Part shown: positions 13,966 to 28,337 of the stretch, piece by piece
Layout of the letters: every line of letters begins with the position of its first letter
How positions within the stretch are numbered: the stretch's first letter is position 1
Assembly (NCBI GenBank): GCA_964016885.1
Contig: OZ024750.1
Span: forward strand, 40,548,001 to 40,612,000
Direction of reading: 5' to 3'
Length of the DNA: 64,000 nt
Source: Eledone cirrhosa
Lineage: Eukaryota
Notes under the pieces: generated by a model
Told to the model about the DNA's origin: nothing
The model's database searches: none
The model's input: the letters and a program-made list of their open reading frames with translations, nothing else
Made by a program: the position numbers and the translations under genes

Positions 13966-14858
13966 ATTTTCTAACGTATTGTCAGAGTAAACATTAGTTG
14001 GTAAAGGTGAAACTGGTTCTAAGATAGATAGAAAGAAAGGAAGAAAAGAAGAAAGGTAGGAACGAAGGAAAGAAGGAAGAAAAAACAGAGAAAGAAGGAT
14101 AAAAAGAAAGTGTGGAGTATTTGAGAAGTTATTCGACCTTAGCACGAAGCTGACATTAAATGAGTGACATTTGTAAGACAGACAGTTGAAAAGATAAAAC
14201 AAGAGTGTTACACGTTCTTACCTCCCTTGACAATATTGTTTTGATAGAGAACGTAACAATCCCCGGCATCTCTCTTAATTGGCCAGATACACTGTTTCAT
14301 CGTCGTCGTTGTCGTTATTGCCGTCATCGGCATCGGCATCATCATCGTCGTAATTGGCCAGACAGACTGTGATTCATCGTCATTGCTATCATCATCATCA
14401 TCGCCGCCATCGTCATCATCATCATCATCATCATCGTAATCGTTGTCATCACCGTATCACCACCACCACCGGGCTCGTTAGAGTGTCCAACAAAATGCTG
14501 TGTGATATATAATTGTTTCGACTTTTAGGCATAAGGCCAGCAATTACCCAGTGCATTACTGGTACTTTATTTTATCGACCCCGTAAGGATGAAAGGCAAA
14601 GTGAACCTCGGCGGGATTTGAACTCAGATCGTAAAGGGACGTAACTATGCTGGAAAGCATGGCGTCCGACCCTCTACCGATACTGCCAATCCACCGCCCT
14701 TGTGTGATATATAATCATAGTTGTTTATGTTATAAGTTCAAATCCCACTTATGTATTTTTTGAAAATGTTATTTATTTATTATAAAATTTAAATGGTAGC
14801 ATTCTATATGTAGGGGGACTCCCCCTTTCATCGATATTTTTAGACCCAGTCCGCCACT

Positions 14859-14927
<69 letters not shown>

Positions 14928-15114
14928 GCCAATCATTGTAAGTTTGAATCTAACTGTCATGCAAACACATATATATAGGAATAAATCATAGTAGATTCAA
15001 ATATCAGAGAGAGGAGGGGGGAGAAATGGGGTGGAACAGAAATGAAATATGGATTACAGGTTAAAATATAGTCTAGATAGATGTGAAACAAAACGAGGAT
15101 ATAGTTTAGGGAAC

Positions 15115-15575
15115 ACCCAAATGATTTAGAGGTCGACCTTAAGTAGAAGTAATAACATTAAGAAAGATATGGCCGACACCATATGATTTTATATTGAAAA
15201 TTTTGAAAGTAGGTTTATAAGTATGAATTTTCCTAAGATTTTTGTAGTTGTTTCTGTGGCCGAGTGGTAGGTGCTAGAGATAGTGGAGATCCTGGTCTTG
15301 GGTTCAATCCTGGTCAAGAGGTTCATGTAACCTTTTTTCAGTTTTTATTTTACAACCAATAGAAAAAAAGGAAAAGATTTAACGGGAACCCTACTCCAGA
15401 CCAGGATCACCACCGTCTATGATTCCTCCAACTAGGCCACCGAGACACCTACGAAAGTATAATGAAAATTGATAATTATAATTCTACTTTCAAAATCAAA
15501 GTTAAAAAGATATGGTGTCGTTAATGGCTTTCTTAGAGCTATTAGTAATATTTAGGGTCGACTTCAGATCACTAT
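15115..15575. other. Imperfect inverted repeat containing two convergent tRNA-like heads
   Basis: Plus: TGGCCGAGTGG at about 15257, GGTTCAATCC at 15301, T-run at 15333. Minus: TGGCCTAGTTGG at about 15439, then a T-run. Outer arms ggtcgacc..gacaccata / tatggtgtc..ggtcgac. Confidence 0.55.
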
Positions 15576-15787
15576 TGAAAGTCTCTGGATTTGGCAAAGT
15601 ACATAATATTTTTTATTGGAGAAGATAAGATATTTTTCCGCAAAAATTTGATTAAACTGTTTCGTTTCCACTTATGTATTTTTCGTAAATGTTATTTATT
15701 CATTACAAAAATTAAATGATAGCATTCTATATGTAGGTGGGCCCCCTTCATCTCCTGGCAACCAATATTTTTAGATCCAGTCCGCCA

Positions 15788-15851
<64 letters not shown>

Positions 15852-16030
15852 GGATACTATTTATAGTTATGTGTATACTATACTATATACAACTATAAAG
15901 AGGTAAGGTCAGTAATGTATTACTACCTTATTACCAGTAAGATAAATAGCTCAATGTAAGAATATCATTTGTTATACAGAGCAGTAATATAGAATACACA
16001 AGAATCAAAGCTATGTTAGAACATTTAATT

Positions 16031-16075
16031 GCTGACAATTGTTTCTTCCAAGCCTAGGCTTGGAGTCTTCAGAAG
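16031..16075 (-). ncRNA. Hammerhead ribozyme motif with degraded stem I
   Basis: Minus strand: CTGAAGA-cTCCAAGC..GCTTGGAa-GAAA-CAATTG-TC; core and palindrome intact, stem I only about 2 bp. Confidence 0.6.
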
Positions 16076-16324
16076 AATCATACAGATACATGTATCTGTA
16101 TGATTCTTTAGCGGAATAGGAGGCTCCAGCCTCACTGACCTGTGGCTAAACAACAACAGTGACCACTTATACAGCCTCTCTATGGTCATTTATATAATAT
16201 ATCATAGATCTGCTCCAGCCTGACTGACCTATGGCTAAACAGTTTCCTATACAGCCTTTCTATGGTCACTTATGTAATATGGAGGTGGTACTTTAGTTTA
16301 ATATATATATATATTTCTATATTT

Positions 16325-16783
16325 CTAGGGCGGGTAAAATTCCCGAGATCCATGGATGAGTTCTCTCTACTGGTCTCTGTCCCTCATTATTGCTGCCATG
16401 TCCTGCGTCTCCAACAGACCAGTGTCTGTCCTTAGAGCATCAACATATGTTAACCTTGGTCTTCCTTTTCCAGTGTGTCCATGTAGCGGCTCCCACAGGT
16501 GCGCTGAGTGCAATGTCAACTCTGGATGTCGGTGAGCATGTCCAGCTAACCTCAGTCTCTGTCTTCCAGTGTGTCCGTGTAGGGGCTCCCACAGGAGCAC
16601 TGAATGCAATGTCGGTGAGCATGTCCAGCTAACCTCAGTCTCCGTCTTCCAGTGTGTCCGTGTAGGGGCTCCCACAGGATCACTGAGTGCAATGTCAACT
16701 CTGGATGTCGGTGAGCATGTCCAGCTAACCTCAGTCTCCTCTGTGTCAATTTTTAGTTGACTTTTGGGAGGCTCCCATACAGC

Positions 16784-16785
<2 letters not shown>
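16325..16785 (-). mobile_element. RTE-clade LINE 3' end with an internal tandem triplication
   Basis: QRRLRLAGHAHRHPELTLHS...GRPRLTYVDAL...MRDRDQW; unexpanded copy at 45220-45584. Confidence 0.8.
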
Positions 16786-16824
<39 letters not shown>

Positions 16825-17154
16825 TGGATGATGATGACTGCATTTCAAATTATCAATGATGTAACATTTTTTTATTGTATTTAAAAACTACTTGTTGGAA
16901 TTCAACGAAATTTTCAATTTTCACAGAATGATGGCAACAGTTATATGAGCATGAGGTTCCATAAAACAACACAGAAACTACAACCATTTACCAAATTTAA
17001 GTAAACTTTCACTGTTTCAAATTATTATCAAGGTGTAATTAAAACTCATGTAAACAAGACAATACCAATTTAATTGTTTGATGCACTAAAGTGAACACAT
17101 ATAGTCATAGTCATGAAAGAAATAGAAATAGACAAATAAACAGGGTTTAAAACT

Positions 17155-17685
17155 GATATATGAGCTTGTTAGTAGGGGATATATGAGCTGGTTAGTACTG
17201 GTTAGTAGGGGGTATATGAGCTGGTTAGTAGGGTATAGATGAGCTGGTTAGTACTGGTTACTAGGGGATATATGAGCTGGTTAGTACTGGTTACTAGGGG
17301 ATATATGAGCTGGTTAGTACTGGTTACTAGGGGATATATGAGCTGGTTAGTACTGGTTACTAGGGAATATATGAGCTGGTTAGTACTGGTTACTAGGGAA
17401 TATATGAGCTGATTAGTACTGGTTACTAGGGAATATATGGGCTGGTTAGTACTGGTTACTAGGGAATATATGAGCTGGTTAGTACTGGTTACTAGGGGAT
17501 ATATGAGCTGGTTAGTACTGGTTAGTAGGGGGCATATGAGCTGGTTAGTAGGGTATAGATGAGCTGGTTAGTACTGGTTACTAGGGAATATATGAGCTGG
17601 TTAGTACTGGTTACTAGGGGATATATGAGCTGGTTAGTACTGGTTAGTAGGGGATATATGAGCTGGTTATTACTGGTTAGTAGTT
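17155..17685. repeat. 33-bp minisatellite (gatatatgagctggttagtactggttactaggg)
   Basis: About 16 units, lying between Tc1-like remnants. Confidence 0.9.
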
Positions 17686-17799
17686 TGAAATAAGATGGAG
17701 AAGGTGGTGGCCCATGGCATATGTTAATTTCTGGCTCTTCTCTGATGCTATACAACGTGATACATCCACTATTACCTGCCACAGTTCATCCTTGGTCCT

Positions 17800-18730
17800 A
17801 TATTAGCATCCATTCTCATAAACTCATCACTTTAGAATACTCCACAAGTTTTCTATTGGGTTTAAGTCGGGGGTAACAGGCAGGTCCCTTTATCTTCCAA
17901 GGTCCACAGAAGCCTAATTGTTGCAGATACTCTGTAGTTTTCTTCTCTGAGTGCAAGGGTACAATATCTTGCATGAATATTATGGTTGTCTTGAAGCTGA
18001 TCCTTTGCTTTTTTAACCAAAGTTCAAGGTGCTCCCTCAGAAAGGCTATGTAAGCATCTGCAGTCATTTTAACACTGTCAGGCACTTTCCAAAGAGCAAC
18101 CATAGTACCTCTAGTAATTAGTAATTGTTTCTACTTTTGGCACAAGGCCAGCAATTATCCCAGTGCATTACTGGTACTTTATTTTATCGACCTCGTAAGG
18201 ATGAAAGGCAAAGTTAACCTCGGCAGGATTTGAACTCAGACCATAAAGGGACGTAACTCTTTGCTTGCAAAGCATGGCGTCTGGCCCTCTACCGATACTG
18301 CCAATCCACCGCCCTAATAATACTTCTAATAATACCTGCCTAAATCATTATGCCTCCTCCTCTTTGTTGGTGTCTCAAGCGTTAATGACAATCTTGTCCA
18401 TTTACAACCCATCCCTTGTTCCAACCATCAGGGCTATTAAGGGTAACATGAGTTTCGTCTGTAAAGAAAACTTTTGAAAAGTTGACCCACATGTTATCTT
18501 CTGCCCATTTCAGACAATTTTGTTTGAAGAAGGTCTTTTAACTGATGTCAATGGTTTACCAACCTTTTTCAGAAGAGGACATTGGGCAGTTCTGGTCACA
18601 GTTGTTTCGCCAATGTGCTTGAAAAGTTCTCCACTTGTAAGACATGGGTTCTTTACAGCTTCATGTTTAATTTGTGACAGAGAATGTTGAGAAACAGCCT
18701 TCGACTGACCCTTGTCGTCTCTCTTACGTA
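17800..18730 (-). pseudogene. Tc1-family transposase remnant interrupted by a SINE
   Basis: IFMQDIVPLHS..KTTEYL and a degenerate PDLNPIENLW-like region; upstream KNPCLTSGELF..VKRP segment. Confidence 0.7.
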
Positions 18731-19215
18731 TCATCATCATCGTTTTACGTCCGTTCTTCCACGCTAGCATGGGTTAGACGGGTTTGGTCCTGTTGTGGGC
18801 AGTGTTCGGTCGGCTGACCTTGTCTTGCTCATACGGGAACTGATTCTGGCTTGATTTCTACAGCTGGATACCCTTCCTAACACAAACCTCATTTACAGTG
18901 AGTGCTGGATGCTTTTTTCCCATGGCACCTACACGACCACTTTACAGTGTGGGCTGGGTTCATAGGAGTTATAAAAAATGTTTTCACAGTTTGGTAATAT
19001 CATTCAATTATTTTTGATATTTCTAATGTTGATTTACGGTTATATTATAAAGATTCTGGGCCCACCAGCTGAGCTCTTCATAATATATATATACCCATGC
19101 TGGTGTGGAAGATGGGCATTAAATGATGATGATGATATATATATGTAATAAAAGTTCTGTAGGTTTTTTTTTTAAAGTAGGTTTTTTTAAAAAGTAAATC
19201 TTGAGTTAGATTTAA

Positions 19216-19427
19216 CCCTTTATCATTTCTATATATACTATTGTATTTTCACAGTAAAGGCTTTACCTCACATAATATCTCACATAATATCAAATCTATG
19301 AGATTTTGATATTATTTATTTTGAGAACAATACCTTAACATCGGTATGAGTGGTCAGTTACAGCCGGTTTGAACAGAAAGAGGTGAGAGAATTCTGGTCA
19401 GATACGGCCAGTTTAAACGCTAAAGGG
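19216..19427. mobile_element. piggyBac-type MITE
   Basis: TTAA-CCCTTT...AAAGGG-TTAA; reverse-complement homologue at 53849-54067. Confidence 0.8.
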
Positions 19428-19544
19428 TTAAAGGTATCTAACTTCTTAATTATATTTGGAATTTGCTGAAATCACTAATATATTTCATTTTCTTCCAGAT
19501 TATGTCAAATTTATCTTTATTGAAGCTGTTGTACCGGTGCCAGG

Positions 19545-20410
<866 letters not shown>

Positions 20411-20819
20411 ACAGAGAGGTAAGTATTTCAGAGTCAAAATTCCAGTCATTGTAAATACATTGGAGCCATCAAAGTGTACTACATAACTACATAACTTTTG
20501 GTAATCAAATATATTTTTTCTATTGGTATATCGAGTAATTTTCTTGATATTGATACTTTTTAATATTCTTAAAGTTACAAGATTTTTCAACAAGAGGAAA
20601 CACTTATTTGGTCAACAAAAATTATATGGTATCTATTCATCAACAACATCATCATCATCATCAGCGCTTAACGTCCATTTTTCCACACTAGCTTGGGCTA
20701 GACGAGTTGTCCCACTGTGAGACAAGTCAGATCAGACAGAACGGTTTCTAGCTTGGTTTCTACAGCTGGATGCCCTTCCTAATGCCAACCACATTTACAA
20801 TGTGTATTGGGTGATTTTT

Positions 20820-21345
20820 GTTGTGTCACCATGACGACCACTTTACAGTGTGGACTGGGCTCTTTTTGTCGTGTCACCACCATGACCACTTTACGGTGTG
20901 GACTGGGCTCTTTTTGTTGTGTCACCACCATGACCACTTTACGGTGTGGACTGGGCTCTTTATGTCGTGTCACCACCATGACCTCTTTACGGTGTGGACT
21001 GGGCTCTTTTTGTTGTGTCACCACCATGACCACTTTACGGTGTGGACTGGGCTCTTTATGTCGTGTCACCACCATGAACTCTTTACGGTGTGGACTGGGC
21101 TCTTTTTGTTGTGTCACCACCATGACCACTTTACGGTGTGGACTGGGCTCTTTATGTCGTGTCACCACCATGAACTCTTTACGGTGTGGACTGGGCTCTT
21201 TTTGTTGTGTCACCACCATGACCACTTTACGGTGTGGACTGGGCTCTTTTTGTCGTGTCACCACCATGACCACTTTACGGTGTGGACTGGGCTCTCTATG
21301 TCGTGTCACCACCATGACCACTATACAGTGTGGACTGTGTGCTTT
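20820..21345. repeat. 48-bp minisatellite x~11 expanded from the internal repeat of a family B SINE
   Basis: Unit gtgtcaccaccatgaccactttacggtgtggactgggctctttttgtc continues directly from SINE sequence at 20650-20810. Confidence 0.85.
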
Positions 21346-21809
21346 TTGTCACCGGGCATATTTTGTCATGTTATCACCATGACCACTTTACATGTTGGAC
21401 TGGATGCTTTTTATAAACAAATATCACAAAACATTCTATTGGACATTCTAATGACTCTGCCAATTTGCCATAATATGAATATAAAGGCTTCACAGTCATC
21501 AACATTTAATTCCTGTTTTTCATCCATTTTTACATGCTGGTATGGAACATTTAGAATCCGTTTTTCCTGCTAGCAGGATCATCTTCATCAATGTTTTAAT
21601 GTCCATTTTACACACTGGTATGGGTTGGACAAGTCCTTTATACAGAAGATATCAGCACATTTTGTCATCTCAACTGTGAGGCCCAGGATCCTGAGCTCTG
21701 ATCTCCTCACACTTTGTAAATAATATTAATAACCTGATATTTAAATAAAGCTGGTTTACTCTGGAAGTATTCTCCTGTCCTGCTATATTTAGATCAGATG
21801 CTTATATAC

Positions 21810-22270
21810 ATAAGTACACATTGTAGAGCTAGCCTAGGGTGATATATATACAGGTACATATTGTAGAGCTAGCCTAGGGTGATATATACACAGGTACACA
21901 TTGTAGAGCTAGCTTAGGGTGATATATACACAGGTACATATTGTAGAGCTAGCTTAGGGTGATATATACACAGGTACATATTGTAGAGCTAGCCTAGGGT
22001 GATATATACACAGGTACACATTGTAGAGCTAGCCTAGGGTGATATATACACAGGTACACATTGTAGAGCTAGCTAACAGCTCTACATACACAGGTACACA
22101 TTGTAGAGCTAGCTAACCACTACATACACAGGTACACATTGTAGAGCTAGCTAACAGCTCTACATTTACAGGTACACATTGTAGAGCTAGCTAAAATACA
22201 TAGGTACACATTGTAGAGCTAACTAACAGCATTACATACACAGGTACACATTGTAGAGCTAGGCTACAGC
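21810..22270. repeat. 40-bp minisatellite (caggtacacattgtagagctagcctagggtgatatataca)
   Basis: About 12 units, degenerating towards the right. Confidence 0.9.
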
Positions 22271-22514
22271 ATTAAATACCCAGGCACCAGCCATGCCTGC
22301 TCTCCTACACAAGAGATAATAGTGTTGTTTGTAAAGAGCTTTCTCCACGTACTTATTCAGTGTCAATAGAATGGGACCCTTCGTTACCTTAGTTAAAGGT
22401 TTTTCATATGAAACTACTTCAGTGTTTCTATGGTGAGTGGGGAAAGAAAGAAAATGCAGCAGCTATATTTGTTATGATATATTTATAGTGTGTGTATGAG
22501 TATATATATATATA

Positions 22515-22549
<35 letters not shown>

Positions 22550-22648
22550 CCAGGGGGTGTAACTTGGAGATACTGTAGGTTCACCCGGGTGAGCACTCGA
22601 TGTTTAGGTTCACTTCTGTGATGAGGTGTAGAGCTATACAGAGTGTAA

Positions 22649-22905
22649 TATATTGAAAGGATAACAAGGACGATTGGTTACTCCTTCATTACATTTATTG
22701 GTAGGTGACGTGTGTTTCGCCACTGATCAGCTCAAGGTTCGATCTGTATCGATCCTACCAGACTCAATGATCGGCAGCTCGACAGACCCTTTAAAACGCT
22801 ATAGTATTTCGAGTAGGATCGATATAGATCGAACCTTGAGCTGATCAGTGGCGAAATGCGCGTCACCTACCAATAAATATAATGAAGAGTAACCAATTAT
22901 CCTTT

Positions 22906-22912
<7 letters not shown>
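22649..22912. mobile_element. Fold-back element with a hammerhead 3' half in each arm
   Basis: About 110-bp inverted arms; right arm GGCGAAA-TGCGCG-TC-ACCTACC-AATAAA, followed by (TA)n. Confidence 0.65.
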
Positions 22913-22944
<32 letters not shown>

Positions 22945-23119
22945 TTAAGGCCAGTTACTACAACGGTGGTATACCAGATACGTACGTTTTGTTAGTTCGA
23001 AGGACCAACTTGTTCAACTTGTGACGATGAAAATGAACCACCCTACGGACTTGAGTCGCTCTATACCTTGGATTTATTTACCAAACTAGTACCACAATAC
23101 TATATATATATATATATTG

Positions 23120-23466
23120 TGGAGGCACATGGCTTAATGGTTAGAGCATTGGCCTTGCAATCGAAAGGTTGTGAGTTCAATTCTCAGACCGGGTGATGTG
23201 TTGTTTCCTTGAGCAAGACACTTTATTTCACATTGCTCCAGTTTACTCAGCTGTAGAAATGAGATGATAGGGACTGGGGTCCCTATCATTCCACTGCAAA
23301 GTGGTCGTGGAGGTGCCACGGCAAAAAAGCACCCAGCACTCACTGTAAACGAGGTTGTTGTTAGGAAGGGCATCCAGCTGTAGAAATCAAGCCAGAATCA
23401 GTTCCCGTCCCACCCTTGCAAGCAGGGAAAAGCGGACGTAAAATGAAATGAAAAAATGAAATGATA
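23120..23466 (+). mobile_element. tRNA-derived CORE-type SINE, family B
   Basis: Head ggaggcacatggcttaatggttagagc..gagttcaattc; CORE-like ccttgagcaagacact..cagtttactcagctgtagaaatgag; 3' ggaagggcatccagctgtagaaa; (GAT)n-type tail. Other copies at about 3600-3752, 23696-24012, 27120-27562, 28567-28858, 39270-39440, 47813-48140, 56660-56778 and 59004-59245. Confidence 0.85.
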
Positions 23467-23583
23467 TGCAACCAGTTTCTTGAGTGAACAACAACAAGCC
23501 TCGAACCTGGGCATATCAATGGATTAATAAGGTTAACTCCGTTCCACCATTATGTTTTCCTGTTTTTTTCTGTTCAAGTTCTA

Positions 23584-23629
23584 GCTGCCTGATGAGGTCA
23601 TATCTGTTGAATGAAATATATATTGCAGC
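23584..23629 (+). ncRNA. Minimal type I hammerhead ribozyme (partly degenerate)
   Basis: GCTGC-CTGATGA-GGTCA..TGAAT-GAAA-TATATA-TT-GCAGC, AATAAA shortly downstream; same family as 33211 and 46746. Confidence 0.7.
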
Positions 23630-24761
23630 AAATATGAATAAACGAAGTTAATTTTAACCTGTTGACTTACACTTCTTGTTTATATATATATATATCATCA
23701 TCATCATTTTACGTCCGCCTCTCCCTGCTTGCAAGGATGCGATGGGAACTGATTCTAGCTTGATTTCTACAGCTGGATGCCCTTCCTAACACCAACCTCA
23801 TTTACAGTGAGTGCTGGGTGCTTTTTTGCTGTGGCACCTCCACAACCACTTTGCAGTAGAATGATAGGGACCCCAGTCCTATCATCTCATTTCTACAGCT
23901 GAGTAAACTGGAGCAATATGAAATAAAGTATCTTGCTCAAGGAAACAACACATCACCCCCGGTCTGAGAATTGAACTCACAACCTTTCGATTGCAAGCCC
24001 AATGCTCTAACCATATATATATAATTTTCAGAAGAAACAGAGCCTGTGTAGTTGCTGGATAAAGTGTATTTATAAATAAGAGGAAAGTACGAACGAGGGG
24101 TAATTTCCCTTCATCAGTTGTCTGCTGGATATTATGGACATTTTTACTCATTAAAGACAAGATATCTAGCTTCGGTGCATCAATAACTAAAGGAAGTTAT
24201 TGGGGAAAAAAGGGAAGAGAGAAAAAAATATAACAGAAGGGAAAAGAGAAGAAAAAAAGAAAGAAAAACACCCGAAATGTGCTTCTTATAAAAGAATGCC
24301 ATGTCTTGTCTTGCTTTTTAGGTTCGATAGTTTGATAAATACTTCTACTTCTCTCTATACAGGTAGAAATGTGTCAAGTAGATACCGTGCACTTATAGCT
24401 TGTGTATTTACGGATAACAACAGGATTGAGAGAAGTAAAGTTTTGTGTGATCTGGTCAAGATTAGAACCGCTATAACTAGGAGGCTCCATCTGATCTACA
24501 TACTTAGTTGTCTTTGAGGAATGTAAATAAGCAAGACAAGTCTGTTGGTTTATATATCTGGTTGGCATGGTCACTACATAAACATATTTAGTCCTCCAAT
24601 GATATCAAATTAGTGTGAGAGAGAGGGAGTGGGAAAGAGAGAGAATGAGTGAGGGTGGGATTGTGGGAAAGATAGTGTGAGAGAGAGAGAGAGAGAGAGA
24701 GAAGGAAGAGGAAGAGGGGAAAAATGTATGAGTGAGAATGTGGGTTGGGGAGTCGGAGAAG

Positions 24762-24804
<43 letters not shown>

Positions 24805-24938
24805 ATGCATACATATATATGTGTATATATATATATTTATATATATATGCGTATATATATGTTTGTGTGTATGTATGTGCATATATACATATATATATAT
24901 ATATGTATATATATATGTACAGTACATATACATATATA

Positions 24939-24972
<34 letters not shown>

Positions 24973-25058
24973 GTTTTTTAAAAAGTAAACATTGAACGAA
25001 GAGGCAGTACAAATGATATTATTAGTTTCACGCTTGAGAGTGAGGGGTGCGGGGTGGG

Positions 25059-25101
<43 letters not shown>

Positions 25102-25201
25102 GAGGTTATATTTAATTTGTTGGGATTCAACAAGCTTAAAAATGTTTATAACTAATATAAAGCACTCAACAGTTTAGTGGAGTAAATACACTTATTAATA
25201 T

Positions 25202-25257
<56 letters not shown>

Positions 25258-25727
25258 AACGCAGAAGTGAGAAAAAGGAAAGAAGGAAAGAAAGAGCCAC
25301 AGAATATGAAAACATGTTGAGATTTGGTACAACTGTTGATAAGACAACTTTAGAGAGAGAGAGCGTGTGTGTGTGTGAGAGAGGGGGAGAGAGTGAGTGT
25401 GATAGAGAAAGAGAGTGTGTGTGAGAGAGATAGGGAGGGTGTGTGTGTGAGAGAGGGAGAGAGCGAGTAAGGTAGAGAAAGAGTGTGTGTGTGTGAGAGA
25501 GAGGGAGGGTGTGTGTGTATGTGAGAGAGAGAGAGAGTATGTGAGATAGAGTGTGTGTGTGAAAGAGAGAGGGAGAGTGTGTATGTGTGTGAAAGAGAGA
25601 GGGGGAGAGAGTGTATGTGAAAGAGGGGGAGAGGGAGTATTTGAAAGGTAAAGGAATCAATCAAATTTATTGTGTATGGACATTACATATTACTCATTAT
25701 AAACTGCCGAAACAAGGATACATTGTG

Positions 25728-25761
<34 letters not shown>

Positions 25762-25854
25762 CACACATATATATACACACACACACATATATATATATAT
25801 ACACACACACATATATATATATATACACACACACATATATATATATGTACGTAC

Positions 25855-25896
<42 letters not shown>

Positions 25897-26523
25897 TTAT
25901 ATATAAGTTTAGAATCTGTCCCAAGAACATTTTCATTGGTGTTAAACGACTGAGAGTACAAGAGCGCCCCCATCTCCCTGGACAGGACGCCAGTCCATTA
26001 CAAGTTTAACCCTCATCTAATGCTGGGTCTCATTCTCAGCTGAGTCTAGTGCAGGGATGTTTAATGAAGTGTTTGGCTCAAAACCACAACTACATCAGCC
26101 GTTCCAGGAATCGAACCCACGACATTATGACCATAAGTCCAATCCCCCACCCCCCTAACCATTAGGTCATACACCTTCACACACGCACACATATATACAC
26201 ACACGTGCTCATACACACGTATATAATTAAAACATTTTAGCAATATAGATACACAGGTGGTTTTCTATGTAAGTTTAAGTTACTAGTGATATATACACAT
26301 GCTTATATATATATATATATATATATATATACTTACCTGTTTATATCCACTCTTATAATCAAACTTTCTTTAACACTACAGGTAGACAGCTGATTATATA
26401 TGTTTGTTTAATCTACAACTAATATATATATATATATATATATATTCTGCCTTAAATTGTAAATGTCATCTAGTTACCCTACACTTACATCTGTATGTAG
26501 CTTTAATTGCTAATAGTTTTACA

Positions 26524-26714
26524 ATGGAGTTAAAAAATGCGTTGAGCACCATCTTAACTAAAGACGATGGTGGTGACATCTGTCGTTCTTTGGAGTTACT
26601 GTTGAATTGTTTACACCAAGACACAAGTCTAACAACTACGAAGGTTTTAACTCACCCTGGCTCCGAAGATTTGTTGTCATGTCTCATAACACTGCTGTCA
26701 TCAACGGATATTGG
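26524..26714 (+). CDS. Armadillo/HEAT-repeat protein, coding exon 1 (MELKNALSTIL...LLSSTDIG)
   Basis: ATG at 26524 (ACAATGG context); non-repetitive helical Leu-rich ORF; donor GG|GTAAGT, phase 2, joins exon 2 as GG+A=Gly. Confidence 0.85.
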
Positions 26715-28293
26715 GTAAGTACGTACACATAGATATACAATAACACTCAACACAATACATTACAACACTTTGGTGAACCTGCATGGTTTAGTGGTCAGGG
26801 TATTGGAATTTAAACTGTATGGTCAAAACCTCAATACCGGAGCCGCCCGATGTGTTGTGTCTTTGAACAAGACAATATATTTCTCGTTGCTCCTGTCTTT
26901 CTTTTCTTTTTAAACCGAAAGTCTTGATAGAGTCGTAGGAGCACAATAATGGCAGACAGGGTATTTTTTAGAGGAGAGGGACACTTTTTAAACCTGGTGG
27001 AGTCCATCTCCTTTCCAAGTCTGAAAACACCCGAGTTCTTTTAGAGAGAGAGGAAGTAAGAAAGAGATATAGATCAAGAATCAACCCCAGTACTAGACTG
27101 GTACTTTTTTGTTGACCTTCATCATCATCATCATCATCATCACCGTTTTACGTCCATTCTTCCACGCTAGCATGGGTTAGACAGGTTGTCCTGTTATGGG
27201 CAGTGTCCGGTCGGCTGACCTTGTCTTGCTCATATGGGGACTGATTCTGGCTTCATTTATACAGCTGGATGCCCTTCCTAACACCAACATCATTTACAGT
27301 GAGTGCTGGGTGCTTTTTTTTTCTGTAGCGCCTTCATGTCCACTTTACAGTGTGGGCTGGGTGCTTTTTTGTCGTGGCACCTCCACGACCACTTTGCAGT
27401 GGAATGATAGGGACCCCAGTCCTATCATCTCATTTCTACAGCTGAGTAAACTGGAGCAATGTGAAATAAAGTTTCTTGCTCAAGGACACAACACATCACC
27501 CGGTCCGAGAATTGAACTCACAACCTTTCGATTGCAAGCCCAATGCTCTAACCACTAAGCCACTGACCTTGCCGGAATAAATACTGCAAAGTATTCTATC
27601 CGACGTTCTAACGACTCTGCCAATTTGTTGCCTTGCTCCAGTCTACTCAGCTGGAGAAAAGGAACTCCGGCGACAACTGTGGCCAAGCTGTATCATCCTT
27701 TGCTTTCCCTTTAGACAATATTGGTGATGCAGAGAGGGGCGACTGGCATGCATGGACGACAGCTGATCTTCCACAAACATCTCACTATAGTTTTGTGTTT
27801 ATATACCATCTTGTAATCAAACCTTCTTTAACACTACAGGTACAGAACTGATTATGTATGTATGTTTAACCTACAAGTAATATATATATATCTCTCTCTC
27901 TCTCGTCTGCGACTTCACAGAACTTATGTTTACCGAATTCGCAGACCAGACCCCTTCTTCTTCCCCCCGTTAGACCTGTGCGAAATTCCTTCCTTGCTCA
28001 CATTTCAACCAGGTTTGATGGTCTTTATCGTTCACGATTTCACCGAGTTTATATTCATAGAAATCTGGGACTTGTCTCTTTCTTCTCACTTTCTGTTGCT
28101 TAAACCATTTTGTTTGTTCACCCTAGTGTCCCCTTTATTTACGTGTCCCAACGACTTTTTTTAGCCGTTGTTCGCACCAACCTGAGGTATATGGCCTTTA
28201 AAGCGATGAAGTGCCTAGGACAGTTGGAAGGCCACTGATGAAGGACTTACTTTTTCATATGTAACCCATTTGCAACGCCGCAGCTCCATTATT

Positions 28294-28337
<44 letters not shown>

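Noticed and set aside
13374-13974. 197-aa and 166-aa repetitive ORFs, and a CRISPR-like appearance
   Set aside because: A head-to-tail 60-bp minisatellite with no unique spacers; it is open only because the unit length is a multiple of 3. No array in the window has spacers and there are no cas genes.
23120-23195. tRNA gene candidates at SINE heads
   Set aside because: No acceptor stem or terminator; they continue into SINE cores and are multi-copy.
26333-26339. Minus-strand donor (CAG|GTAAGT) suggesting a divergent gene near exon 1
   Set aside because: A single motif with no supporting exon or ORF.
28235-28260. CTGATGAAGG as a hammerhead core
   Set aside because: No downstream GAAA or closing stems.
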